NCBI RefSeq assembly: GCF_032444005.1
Contig: NC_091286.1
Location: forward strand, 51,150,001-51,214,000
From: Ranitomeya imitator
Taxonomy: Eukaryota
DNA: 64,000 nucleotides
Direction of reading: 5' to 3'
The position numbers and the translations under genes are program-made. Below the pieces are notes generated by a model that was not told the origin of the DNA, searched no databases, and worked only from the letters and a program-made list of their open reading frames with translations. Positions 37,342-48,856 of the stretch are shown here, in pieces. Within the stretch, counting starts at the first letter, position 1. The number at the start of each line of letters is the position of its first letter.

Positions 37342-40299
37342 AAAACAGCTGACATGTCGCGTCTTTGAGGTGGGCTCACCGCCGGAGCCCACCTCAAAGC
37401 AGGGGATCTGCCAGCTGACATACTATTCCGTCAGCTGGCAGAAAGGGGTTAAAAAATTATGCTGATATTAAGTACACATGTGGTAAATGTTATTTATTAA
37501 CTATTTTGTGTGATATTGCTATTCGGTTTAAGGGCATAAAAATTAAAATTGCTACATTTTCAAAATTTTTGTCAAAATTCTGATATTTTCACAAATAAAC
37601 ACAAAAATATCTGCCTACATTTACCACTAACAATATAAAGTACAATGGGTCACGTAAAAACAATCTCTGCATCACTGGGATATGTTGAAGCGTTCCATAG
37701 TTATTACAAGATAATTTGACACTGGTCAGAATTGTAAAATTTGGCCTGGTCAAGAAGATGAAAACAGGCTCGGGGATGAAGGGGAAAAGCTGCCCGAACC
37801 AAGATGGGTGGATACATAGGTCCAGAGATGATCTAGTCCTACTCATAGATTTCGAGCAATGCCCTAATTTCTCTTGGTATTTGATGAATTAAGCATTACT
37901 CTGTAATTTCTTATTTTGTCCGTATATATGCCTCTGAATTGTAAAGTGCTGCAGAATATGTAGGCTCTAAATAAATAATATTATTATTTGTATTATTATT
38001 AATATTGCATTGAGGACTATGATGTCACTCTCACTTCTTTACTCTGTTATCTATAACAATCCCATTTGATAATGCTGTGTAATAGTTAAAGTGGCTCCAA
38101 GCCTGAGCTTCACTTTATACTTTATATAGTGAAAGTAGTAATTACAGACAATCATTTCCGACCTTTTCACTCACAATAAATACAGTAGATATTTATGAGC
38201 TTGAGTGAATAACTATTTCAGCATTACAGTTTCATTTGTTTAAGAATAATAGTACATTACCTATTCCCCGGAGGCTCTTAGTAATACCAAATTTTAAATG
38301 ATAGTTGTCAGGAATTTACACATAATTAAAGGCAACATACAGTTTATAAAGCTTGTTTATTTTAATTTACTACTGTAAAATATTCTGTTTGTAAAATGTA
38401 TAGGAAATGAGATATAACGTATATTTGTCATATGTTTTAAAACTCAAATTGATAATGATTGGTCATTTATTTAAAAAATTGCTTTGGAAGACAGAATCTC
38501 ACTGGATGACAGTCGCACCCAGTCGCTAGTATTTAAAAGGGACAAAGAGTGTTTTGAAACCTAAGAAGACATTAGTATAATACTCCAAGGTAGTTGGAGG
38601 GCAATGTTACAGATTTTAGACTAGGGACAAGGAGCTGCAGGATACGTCTCTGTTTGTGACCGTTTTTATGCATTTTTGTTTTTCGATATTAAGTCCACAC
38701 ATTTATTCTTTTTCATTAATTATACAAAGGTTTAGTGATGGACAAATTTGGGAATAATTTAATTTGCAGATCTGTTTGAAAGTCTAGGAATTTCCATTTG
38801 ATTCAAATTTAATTGATACAAATAGAATGTGCATCATTATGCTCTGGGGTCTCTCGAGACACCTCTATCTAGACCTCAGAGCTTAATTACTATAAGTAAA
38901 GAAAAATAATACAAAATATACTTTTCTGCTACACAGCCCCACTCTGGCACTTTTGTTTTCATCGAGGCTACGTTCTATTTTCCAGAACCTGATCAAAAAA
39001 GATTACTAGAATGGAGCAGGGCTGCCAGGGCTGAGAGGTTAGGGCTAGTAGGGTATAATTTTATTTTTTAACGTCTTCCGCACCCTTTAAGATTCAGCAA
39101 AATGGCTCCTTCTAGTGGATTTGCTGACAGAGAATCCCACAAAATTCAATCTCAATTAATCCAAATTTTTGTAAAATTTGAGGCGACTCAAGTCAATTCA
39201 CTCATCTCTGCATAAGGACTCATGAAATAATTACCAAATATTGCAAAATATGTAAAAATGTGTATATGTTTGAAAACTTCCAAACAATATTTCAAGCAAT
39301 TTCAAGTCATTAGCCTTTGAAGGGAACCTGTCATGTTGAACATGATATCTGATCTGCAGGTGGGATGTTATAGAGGTGGAGGAGCTAAATCAGATTGATA
39401 TACATTTTAGTGGGAAAAAGTTTCAGTATAAATTTTTTATTTATTTTTTTATTTTATAATTTTTTTATTTATTTATTTTATCAATTGCATGTATTTGAGT
39501 GCAGTGTAGGGCCCTAATCTAGATTAGATTTTTTTTGTATAAAAACATCATCTCGCTGGCTTTATTTTTCTTCTTATGCAGAAAAATCAACTAAACTGTT
39601 GAGTGATTCTAGGTTTGGTTACCTATTTAGATTCTCTTCAGCTGATTTTTCATATCATTACTGTGAAGTCAAAGTTTTATGTCCAGTGTTGGTGTCTTTT
39701 TCTTTTATGGCTGATTTAGGCCCAGGCTTGGATTATTGCTGCTGGGACTTGCTTGATGTTTTTTCAATAGACAATATTTTTGTATGAATTTTTGATTTTT
39801 GTAGAGATATATATTTGAATAATATTGTGCTGATGACTAATAATTGTGTAAATGCGTTAACTATTTATGTGACGCTATGGGGCAATAGGATTAGCATTGG
39901 TATCTAATCACAAACAAAATCATCTGTCCTTTATGATTAAATATTGCAAAACATTACCTAATTCATATTCTAAGTTATTCTCCTTGATTTTAATATCCCT
40001 TATTGTGCTTTGCGGTCTCTCTAGACCCGAGAGCATAATAAAAGTAATATGCAAAAAATATAAAACAAACTTATTCTTCCTTCACTGCTCACCTATCCGG
40101 TCCCTCCTCTGCTCACTGCCCACTATCCCTTCAGTTCTTTGCTTCCATTGCTATCACATCTTAGACCTGTTCACTCTAAAGACCAGATGTCGGGCTTTTT
40201 GTCTGCAGTCTTTGCTTAAGCAAATTAGTGACTTTTTTTTTGTATATTCGAGAAGAAATCTATTCCACTCTAATAAATATGTTCGTTTCTATTACCTAG

Positions 40300-41032
40300 C
40301 TATTTAGGTGTTTTTACAGCAGCACTGGCACCCCTGCATGGGTCCCCTTCCCCCAGCAGGGACGCAGGCAAATTAAGTTACTTGATCAAGCTCCGTTAGC
40401 GTCTGGATCTTCACAGGACCTGCGCACAGTATACGCTACCCTGCCTCTTAACAGGCCAGAGCGCACTACTAAAAACATTTCCAGTAAATAACTGGGGGGC
40501 ATTTGATATATAAAGCATCCTTCCCTATTGGGAGGTACCTTAGCAACTTTAGTCAATCAGGGTATAACCTTCTAGCTAGTTGTAAGGTCCCCATACCCAT
40601 GCTCTCTGATCCTGTCCACTTCACTTACCTGATCCTGTCCGCCCTGTCTGCACCTGTTCCAGTTAGTCCTGCTTAACCCATACCCCTATCCATCCTGCCC
40701 TGTCCTGTTCTGCCTTAACCTGCCACTGTGTACCTGCACCTGTGATCCTGTACCTGTGATTTTCCTGTGCAACTGTACCTGTCCTGCCTGTGCCTGATTT
40801 GTCATCTTCTTACCAGCTGTATCCCTCCTGTCTAACCATTTCTTGTCCGGTCCTGCTTCCTTGTCCCTTTCGGGGTCAGCTGCCACAACTCCTGGGTCCG
40901 TCCTGGAGTAGGACCTGGCATACATCTGTCCTAGTCCAAGTTCATCAGGGGCTCTAGTGCAGAGTCAGGTGTTTGCTTAGTATGCACCTCCATGCTCCCT
41001 TGGCCAGTGGTTCCACAAAGACATGCATAACA
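40300..41032. mobile_element. Degraded LTR-like sequence
   Basis: Ends ...ATAACA; CCTGT-rich tract like other LTRs here; left end and TSD not resolved. Confidence 0.35.
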
Positions 41033-42209
41033 GTTGTAAAGCCTTGTGTTCAGAATCTCAATACACAATAAATGCTTTCCATACCATTTACAATGATGGC
41101 TCTCATAGGTTCACTTCACCTGCCATGCTTACATATTCCCCTATCCCATAAAGCAGTGCATGATAAAAAAAACATGCTTTAATAAAGAGGATTGTTCTCT
41201 TTAATAAACTCATTTTCATATGTTATATGAGAAAATCCTGAATTATTAGAGGTGGGCTCACTATTCTATTGGCCAGAGAAGATAGTGATTACAATTTTCA
41301 TTACACAATGGCGTAACTTCAAGCTCATGGGCCCCCAATGCAAAATCACCAATGGGGCCCCCAACTATTGCAAGTCTTTTCATATGAGCCTGATATTTTA
41401 GGTTCTTTAGACTGAAGGGCCCTGGTGGGATTGCAACCGCTGCATCTATTAAAGTTTTGCCCCCGCTCATGAGAAACATGCAGAGAATCTATTGATGTGA
41501 ATGTGCACCTTTTAATGCTTAGTTTGCCTTAAAGAGAACCTGACAGGTCCCCGATGCCCCCTAAAACACCAACGGTAGCATCTTCTTTATAAATTCCTTG
41601 CCTAACAGTCCTTTTATTGTGCTTGACGCAAACAAATCTTTAGAAAAAAGTATTTCTAAAATCCGTTTATCATATAGAAAAGCATACTATTTTCAACAGC
41701 AGAAAAAAAAAGGCAGCAACACTTACCTGCCCAGATCTTGGAATAAATGCACTGCAGGGTGCAGCCAGCCCATAAAGCAAGATGTTAGCAAAATACCAGA
41801 TCGACAGCCACTCTCCAACATACCCACTCCTGGAGGGGGTGACTGCCCAGTATACAAGTGCACAATAAAGGCCCACATAGGGCGTTGTTCACACAATGGT
41901 ACTGCATAGTGTCTGGTTCACAGCCTATTAGTCACGCCCCTACTTTTCGATTAGGCGGGCTGGCCAGCACACTCTCAATGCATCCCAGTGCGAACACTCC
42001 TCATGTGAGACCGAACGTGTTTGGGCTTGGCTGCACCCTGAAAAATATAGTGCAAAAAATATACAAAAATAGTGAGGTATTGGTTGATATTTTGGCCAAA
42101 ATACGCAAGCTCGTAACCCACGCCAAGGGTCCCCACGCTTACAAGTCCTACTCTAAACTAAATAGCAAAGCCACTTTGTGATCTATCCATAACTATTAAG
42201 TAAGGACAG

Positions 42210-42990
42210 TGTCACAATCATTAAGGGATTCATGGCAGCTTTGGGTCGGCTGAAATTTAAATGTTGTTTTTTCCTTTTGGTCCAGCAAGAGTTAATGTCT
42301 GTCTCTTGCTGGATCTTCTATTAGGCTGGTCAGCTGATGGTCAGCTGATGTTGGTTGGTAACCTCTCCCAACTCCCTTTAAATAGTCACATGACCCATCA
42401 GCTGAATGTCAGCTGTAGAGTTTTTGTTCTATACAGATCTGCAGACTGTTTACTCTGCTGCTGTGGAGCTTAGCAGCAGAGCCTAAGCTAAGTAGTTTTC
42501 CTTTTCGCCTGTCTCTTCCCATGTGTTACCATCTGCAGTGGTGAGGCTAGAGTCCTTGCCTGCCAGTGCACTAGCAAGAATACATAAAGGTGAAAGGGAC
42601 TAGGGACATGAAGACAGTGGGAGTAATGACCCACATAGTGCATTAGGGAAGCTTAGGGATAGGCACAGGTTGGTGTCAGGAGGTGTCCCATTCCCCACTA
42701 CCTATCCTTAGGGCCTTCCTCTCACTTTTCGATCCTGTCATATTTTTATGCTGTTTTGTCCACCGAACTTACTCATGTCGGGGTGCGACATTTTAACCGA
42801 CCTGCACCATTTTACAGAGTTCCTATAGCTCAAGCTGCGGCTATTGTGCACCTGATTCAGACCTTCACTGATGAGGTTACTGAGTTGCAGTCACATGTGG
42901 TGCAGCAGTTTCAACAGATGTTTGAATTCTTGGTCTCGGCTCATGCCCTGCCTCAACCAAAACCCAAAAATGTCTCACCCCAACAGGTTC
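42210..42990 (+). mobile_element. Gypsy-type LTR (42210-42790) followed by a short gag-like remnant
   Basis: TGTCACA...TGCGACA termini, TTTAAATA TATA-like box; downstream QAAAIVHLIQTFTDEVTELQ coiled-coil-like peptide. Confidence 0.55.
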
Positions 42991-44901
42991 TCTAGAAGAA
43001 TTTAAAATTATATGTAAATTATATTTCTGGCTCCACCCTTATTGATCAGGGAGTCTCAGCGTGACAAACAGAAAGCACCAAACCATAGCCCATATTCTAA
43101 ATATTTTGTTAGTGAAATTTCTATATGGGACTGCACTGTTGACTTTCAGTATAAAAGTTGTACATTTACTATTATCAGTCATTAATTGGTAACAATCATT
43201 CTTATATTGTAATGTAATATGTGCTTTTAACCATGAGATAGGGATTCACTTTATTTTTCAAGTGCTCTTTTTAAGAATTTAACTACTCAATATAACTTCA
43301 TCATAAATTCGACCTGAGTATTTACAGTTCAAGAGTCGGTGGAAACCCACTGCCCCAACTCACCACGTAGGTCAGCATATCTGCTAAATGTTCCTTTACA
43401 AGTCTTAAGAGACTTCTCCAGAGAAGCCCTAGGCATCTTCACTAAAATTGATATCACATAATGAAATGTTTAACCTTTATATTAAGGTGAAGGTCTGTTT
43501 TTAAGTGATAACATCATTTCGAGTCTTTGATGTACAAAATGAGGAACAATAAATTCTCATTTGTAGTTAAAAGAGATCTTTGGAAAAAATATACAGCATA
43601 AAGAAATTGTTTAATACCGCAGTTGTACAAAAATCACAAGAGAAATCAAGTGTGTTTCTAAAACAAAGAAGATGGAATGGCATCAAGTTTAAGGAATGTT
43701 CCAGCAGAATCTAGTGCAAGCTGTTATACTTGTTAGAGGTGTAGCAGTTGAAATATATAATAGCATAGTATGCGCAAGACACGGAAATTGGGCAGCAACC
43801 AGTAATGCATATGAAAGAAGGATTTATAACTGCGTCCACTTGGGTAAGTCTGTGTCCCTTGAAATGGTTGCCTTGAATTCCTCACTGGCACTCAAATTAT
43901 GCATAGTCTTCAGAAAATCCAGCACTAAATAAAATCAACTTTATCTAAAAAGATTAAAATAGTTAAAGTGGCTTGTAAAAGTATGCATTTTCCATGTTTT
44001 GACACCACTGTTTTACTTGATCGTTTGCACCAGTTCATGTAAAGAACATGCCTACAACTGTGAGCAATTAGCTTTCTTTTCATTGTGAAGCAAACAACAA
44101 ATAAGAAAAATAACTGAAAACTTCAGTGTGCATAAGTATTCCACCCCGCCAAATAAATACTTTGTGGAGCCTCATTTATGGAAATTACAGCTGCAGGTTG
44201 CTTTGGATAAATCTCTATGAGCTTTCCACATCTTGCCACAGGGATTTTAGCCTATTCATCAAGGCAAAACTGCTCCAACTACTTCAAGTTAGATAGATTC
44301 CTCTATTAAAAATTAATCTTCAAATTTGACAACAGATTCTCAATTGGATTAAGGTATGCGCTTTGATTAGGCCACTCCAAAACATTTTCATATTTCCCCT
44401 TAAACCTCTCGAGTGTTGCTTTTGAAGTATACTTTGGGTCATTTTCTTGTTGGAAGGTGAAACTCCGTCCTAGTCTCAAATCACTGACACACTAAACCAG
44501 ATTTTACTCAAGAATATCCTTGAATTTTGCTCCATTCATCTTTCCTTCATCTCAGACCATTTTCCTTGCCCCTGCTGTTGAAAAACATGCCCACGGCATG
44601 ACGCTGCCACCACCATGTTTCACTGTGGGATGGTGTTCTTAGGGTAATTACAGTTGTGCTCAAAAGTTTAAATACCAAGAGTCTGTTTGGATCCCAGAAA
44701 CCCACTCAGCTTTTATGCACATACTGATTGCAAGCAAACAGGTCAAAGGTGAGGATGTAATCTTTAGTAGCCATTCAAATTAATTTGTGTCAACTTCTGT
44801 GCATGTTGTCAGGCCAAAATCACCAGGGTATGTGAACTTTTGATCAGAGTAAAATGGATGTTTTTGGTTGTCATTATGGTTTAAAAAGAGAAAACACAGT
44901 A

Positions 44902-45136
44902 CAAAGTGGACCATTTATATGGATACACCTGGGTGGGCCATTTATAAAGTTGCATTAAAAAAATGGCCGACTTCAAAATGGCCACCATAGTCACCAAACA
45001 TTTTGAAAAGTTTTACCCCTCCCATATACTAATGTGCCACAATCAGGAAGCTGAAATCACCAACCATTCCCATTTTATATAGGTGTATCCACATACATGG
45101 CCCACCCAGGTGTATCCATATAAATAGCCCACCCTG
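44902..45136. mobile_element. Small TA-TSD MITE nested in the Tc1-like MITE
   Basis: Imperfect TIR CA..GTGG.C.ATTTATATGGATACACCTGGGTGGGCC; TA both sides; host reads CACAGTA|GTTTGAC once removed. Confidence 0.8.
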
Positions 45137-45275
45137 TAGTTTGACAATAAATGGCTTCACCCAACCACTTACCATGAGTGGAGAAAAAGTTTTGGTGTTA
45201 TCATTCATATTCTCTGGAAAAAAGGCCAATAAAGCAAAAAGCGGTATGTAAACTTTTGAGCACAACAAGAAGACC

Positions 45276-45938
45276 ATGGAGAAATCACCAACCACACAAC
45301 TGAAGAACCGATATCAAATCTTTGTAGAGGATGAAGATGGCACACCTAAGAATGAAGCAATACCAGCAAGCAAAAAAGAAAAGGGCACACAGCAACAAGT
45401 GACAGCAAAAAGTACAGCCAAGAAGCAACGAAGAGTGGTGGTGGTGGGAGACTCACTACTGAGAGGCACAGAAGCAGCCATCTGCAGACCGGACATAACT
45501 GCAAGAGAAGTATGCTGCCTTCCAGGTGCGATGATCAAGGATGTGACCGATAGGATACCAAAGCTCTTCAGCTCCAAGGACGTCCACCCATTTCTTCTGA
45601 TACATGTTGGCACCAATGACACGGCAAGGAAGGACCTACCGACAATCTGCAAGGACTTTGAAGAGTTGGGGAAGAAAGTAAAGGAACTGGATGCACAGGT
45701 AGTTTTTTCTTCTATCCTTCCAGTAGATGGGCATGGCACCAGGAGATGGAACAGGATCCTTGATGCAAACAACTGGCTAAGACGATGGTGCAGACAACAA
45801 GGATTTGGATTCCTGGACCACAGTGTGAATTACTGGTATGATGGACTCCTCGCCAGAGACGGACTACACCTCAACAAACCTGGGAAACACACATTCGCCA
45901 GAAGACTCGCTACACTCATCAGGAGGGCGTTAAACTAG
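45276..45938 (+). CDS. CR1 ORF1 C-terminal part, SGNH/GDSL esterase domain (5'-truncated)
   Basis: VVVVGDSLLRG, IHVGTND, DGLHLN motifs. Confidence 0.85.
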   Translation: MEKSPTTQLKNRYQIFVEDEDGTPKNEAIPASKKEKGTQQQVTAKSTAKKQRRVVVVGDSLLRGTEAAICRPDITAREVCCLPGAMIKDVTDRIPKLFSSKDVHPFLLIHVGTNDTARKDLPTICKDFEELGKKVKELDAQVVFSSILPVDGHGTRRWNRILDANNWLRRWCRQQGFGFLDHSVNYWYDGLLARDGLHLNKPGKHTFARRLATLIRRALN

Positions 45939-46075
45939 AAGAAGAGGGGACGGGAAGAAAAACATTAGACTCGAACAAAGACGACCCAGGAAAACATACT
46001 CAGAAGGGAGGTAAGAACATTTCTAAAACAATCCACAGTGAGGAGATTGGAACAAAACAAAATCCTCTAAACTGC

Positions 46076-48856
46076 ATGCTCGCAAACGCCAGAAGCCTGA
46101 CAAACAAGATGGAAGAACTAGAAGCAGAAATATCTACAGGTAACTTTGACATAGTGGGAATAACCGAGACATGGTTAGATGAAAGCTATGACTGGGCAGT
46201 TAACTTACAGGGTTACAGTCTGTTTAGAAAGGATCGTAAAAATCGGAGAGGAGGAGGGGTTTGTCTCTATGTAAAGTCTTGTCTAAAGTCCACTTTAAGG
46301 GAGGATATTAGCGAAGGGAATGAGGATGTCGAGTCCATATGGGTTGAAATTCATGGAGGGAAAAATGGTAACAAAATTCTCATTGGGGTCTGTTACAAAC
46401 CCCCAAATATAACAGAAAGCATGGAAAGTCTACTTCTAAAGCAGATAGATGAAGCTGCAACCCATAATGAGGTCCTGGTTATGGGGGACTTTAACTACCC
46501 GGATATTAACTGGGAAACAGAAACCTGTGAAACCCATAAAGGCAACAGGTTTCTGCTAATAACCAAGAAAAATTATCTTTCACAATTGGTGCAGAATCCA
46601 ACCACAGGAGCAGCACTTTTAGACCTAATACTATCTAATAGACCTGACAGAATAACAAATCTGCAGGTGGTTGGGCATTTAGGAAATAGCGACCACAATA
46701 TTGTGCAGTTTCACCTGTCTTTCACTAGGGGGACTTGTCAGGGAGTCACAAAAACATTGAACTTTAGGAAGGCAAAGTTTGAACAGCTTAGAGATGCCCT
46801 TAATCTGGTAGACTGGGACAATATCCTCAGAAATGAGAATACAGATAATAAATGGGAAATGTTTAAGAACATCCTAAATAGGCAGTGTAAGCGGTTTATA
46901 CCTTGTGGGAATAAAAGGACTGGAAATAGGAAAAACCCAATGTGGCTAAACAAAGAAGTAAGACAGGCAATTAACAGTAAAAAGAAAGCATTTGCACTAC
47001 TAAAGCAGGATGGCACCATTGAAGCTCTAAAAAACTATAGGGAGAAAAATACTTTATCTAAAAAACTAATTAAAGCTGCCAAAAAGGAAACAGAGAAGCA
47101 CATTGCTAAGGAGAGTAAAACTAATCCCAAACTGTTCTTCAACTATATCAATAGTAAAAGAATAAAAACTGAAAATGTAGGCCCCTTAAAAAATAGTGAG
47201 GAAAGAATGGTTGTAGATGACGAGGAAAAAGCTAACATATTAAACACCTTCTTCTCCACGGTATTCACGGTGGAAAATGAAATGCTAGGTGAAATCCCAA
47301 GAAACAATGAAAACCCTATATTAAGAGTCACCAATCTAACCCAAGAAGAGGTGCGAAACCGGCTAAATAAGATTAAAATAGATATTTCTCCGGGTCCGGA
47401 TGGCATACACCCACGAGTACTAAGAGAACTAAGTAATGTAATAGATAAACCATTATTTCTTATTTTTAGTGACTCTATAGCGACAGGGTCTGTTCCGCAG
47501 GACTGGCGCATAGCAAATGTGGTGCCAATATTCAAAAAGGGCTCTAAAAGGGAACCTGGAAATTATAGGCCAGTAAGTCTAACCTCTATTGTTGGTAAAA
47601 TATTTGAAGGGTTTCTGAGGGATGTTATTCTGGATTATCTCAATGAGAATAACTGTTTAACTCCATATCAGCATGGGTTTATGAGAAATCGCTCCTGTCA
47701 AACCAATCTAATCAGTTTTTATGAAGAGGTAAGCTATAGACTGGACCACGGTGAGTCATTGGACGTGGTATATCTCGATTTTTCCAAAGCGTTTGATACC
47801 GTGCCGCACAAGAGGTTGGTACACAAAATGAGAATGCTTGGTCTGGGGGAAAATGTGTGTAAATGGGTTAGTAACTGGCTTAGTGATAGAAAGCAGAGGG
47901 TGGTTATAAATGGTATAGTCTCTAACTGGGTCGCTGTGACCAGTGGGGTACCGCAGGGGTCAGTATTGGGACCTGTTCTCTTCAACATATTCATTAATGA
48001 TCTGGTAGAAGGTTTACACAGTAAAATATCGATATTTGCAGATGATACAAAACTATGTAAAGCAGTTAATACAAGAGAAGATAGTATTCTGCTACAGATG
48101 GATCTGGATAAGTTGGAAACTTGGGCTGAAAGGTGGCAGATGAGGTTTAACAATGATAAATGTAAGGTTATACACATGGGAAGAGGGAATCAATATCACC
48201 ATTACACACTGAACGGGAAACCACTGGGTAAATCTGACAGGGAGAAGGACTTGGGGATCCTAGTTAATGATAAACTTACCTGGAGCAGCCAGTGCCAGGC
48301 AGCAGCTGCCAAGGCAAACAGGATCATGGGGTGCATTAAAAGAGGTCTGGATACACATGATGAGAGCATTATACTGCCTCTGTACAAATCCCTAGTTAGA
48401 CCGCACATGGAGTACTGTGTCCAGTTTTGGGCAACGGTGCTCAGGAAGGATATCATGGAACTAGAGAGAGTACAAAGGAGGGCAACAAAATTAATAAAGG
48501 GGATGGGAGAACTACAATACCCAGATAGATTAGCGAAATTAGGATTATTTAGTCTAGAAAAAAGACGACTGAGGGGCGATCTAATAACCATGTATAAGTA
48601 TATAAGGGGACAATACAAATATCTCACTGAGGATCTGTTTATACCAAGGAAGGTGACGGGCACAAGGGGGCATTCTTTGCGTCTGGAGGAGAGAAGGTTT
48701 TTCCACCAACATAGAAGAGGATTCTTTACTGTTAGGGCAGTGAGAATCTGGAATTGCTTGCCTGAGGAGGTGGTGATGGCGAACTCAGTCGAGGGGTTCA
48801 AGAGAGGCCTGGATGTCTTCCTGGAGCAGAACAATATTGTATCATACAATTATTAG
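46076..48856 (+). CDS. CR1 ORF2: APE endonuclease plus reverse transcriptase, 926 aa uninterrupted
   Basis: NARSL, GITETW, GDFN, DLILSN, SDHN; LDFSKAFD, GVPQGSVLGP, FADD, DLG. The frame stays open upstream into the ORF1 end. Confidence 0.97.
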   Translation: MLANARSLTNKMEELEAEISTGNFDIVGITETWLDESYDWAVNLQGYSLFRKDRKNRRGGGVCLYVKSCLKSTLREDISEGNEDVESIWVEIHGGKNGNKILIGVCYKPPNITESMESLLLKQIDEAATHNEVLVMGDFNYPDINWETETCETHKGNRFLLITKKNYLSQLVQNPTTGAALLDLILSNRPDRITNLQVVGHLGNSDHNIVQFHLSFTRGTCQGVTKTLNFRKAKFEQLRDALNLVDWDNILRNENTDNKWEMFKNILNRQCKRFIPCGNKRTGNRKNPMWLNKEVRQAINSKKKAFALLKQDGTIEALKNYREKNTLSKKLIKAAKKETEKHIAKESKTNPKLFFNYINSKRIKTENVGPLKNSEERMVVDDEEKANILNTFFSTVFTVENEMLGEIPRNNENPILRVTNLTQEEVRNRLNKIKIDISPGPDGIHPRVLRELSNVIDKPLFLIFSDSIATGSVPQDWRIANVVPIFKKGSKREPGNYRPVSLTSIVGKIFEGFLRDVILDYLNENNCLTPYQHGFMRNRSCQTNLISFYEEVSYRLDHGESLDVVYLDFSKAFDTVPHKRLVHKMRMLGLGENVCKWVSNWLSDRKQRVVINGIVSNWVAVTSGVPQGSVLGPVLFNIFINDLVEGLHSKISIFADDTKLCKAVNTREDSILLQMDLDKLETWAERWQMRFNNDKCKVIHMGRGNQYHHYTLNGKPLGKSDREKDLGILVNDKLTWSSQCQAAAAKANRIMGCIKRGLDTHDESIILPLYKSLVRPHMEYCVQFWATVLRKDIMELERVQRRATKLIKGMGELQYPDRLAKLGLFSLEKRRLRGDLITMYKYIRGQYKYLTEDLFIPRKVTGTRGHSLRLEERRFFHQHRRGFFTVRAVRIWNCLPEEVVMANSVEGFKRGLDVFLEQNNIVSYNY

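Larger units (their letters stand above)
33712..37448. mobile_element. piggyBac-like non-autonomous element interrupted by a PLE
   Basis: TTAA|CCCCTT...AAGGGG|TTAA; host sequence resumes at 37336. Confidence 0.75.
30550..37790. mobile_element. Large decayed piggyBac-like element (family of 51823-57373) hosting several insertions
   Basis: 30.6-31.1 and 33.1-33.7 kb resemble the 390-bp units; 33.5-33.7 kb plus 37.45-37.79 kb match 56.8-57.37 kb. Boundaries approximate. Confidence 0.5.

Noticed and set aside
37342-37392. N-terminus of the 118-aa GIY-YIG ORF in the track
   Set aside because: These codons come from the host piggyBac-like element beyond the GCATACA junction, so the ORF is chimeric.
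41306-41465. hAT-like MITE (CAATGGCGTAACT...)
   Set aside because: Termini degenerate and no matching 8-bp TSD.
43770-43850. 75-nt open stretch ending at a strong GTAAGT donor
   Set aside because: Weak acceptor, no recognisable homology, no partner exon.
45314-48849. Antisense ORFs overlapping the CR1 (also those over Gypsy pol and the mariner)
   Set aside because: Shadow frames of real coding sequence, with no motifs of their own.
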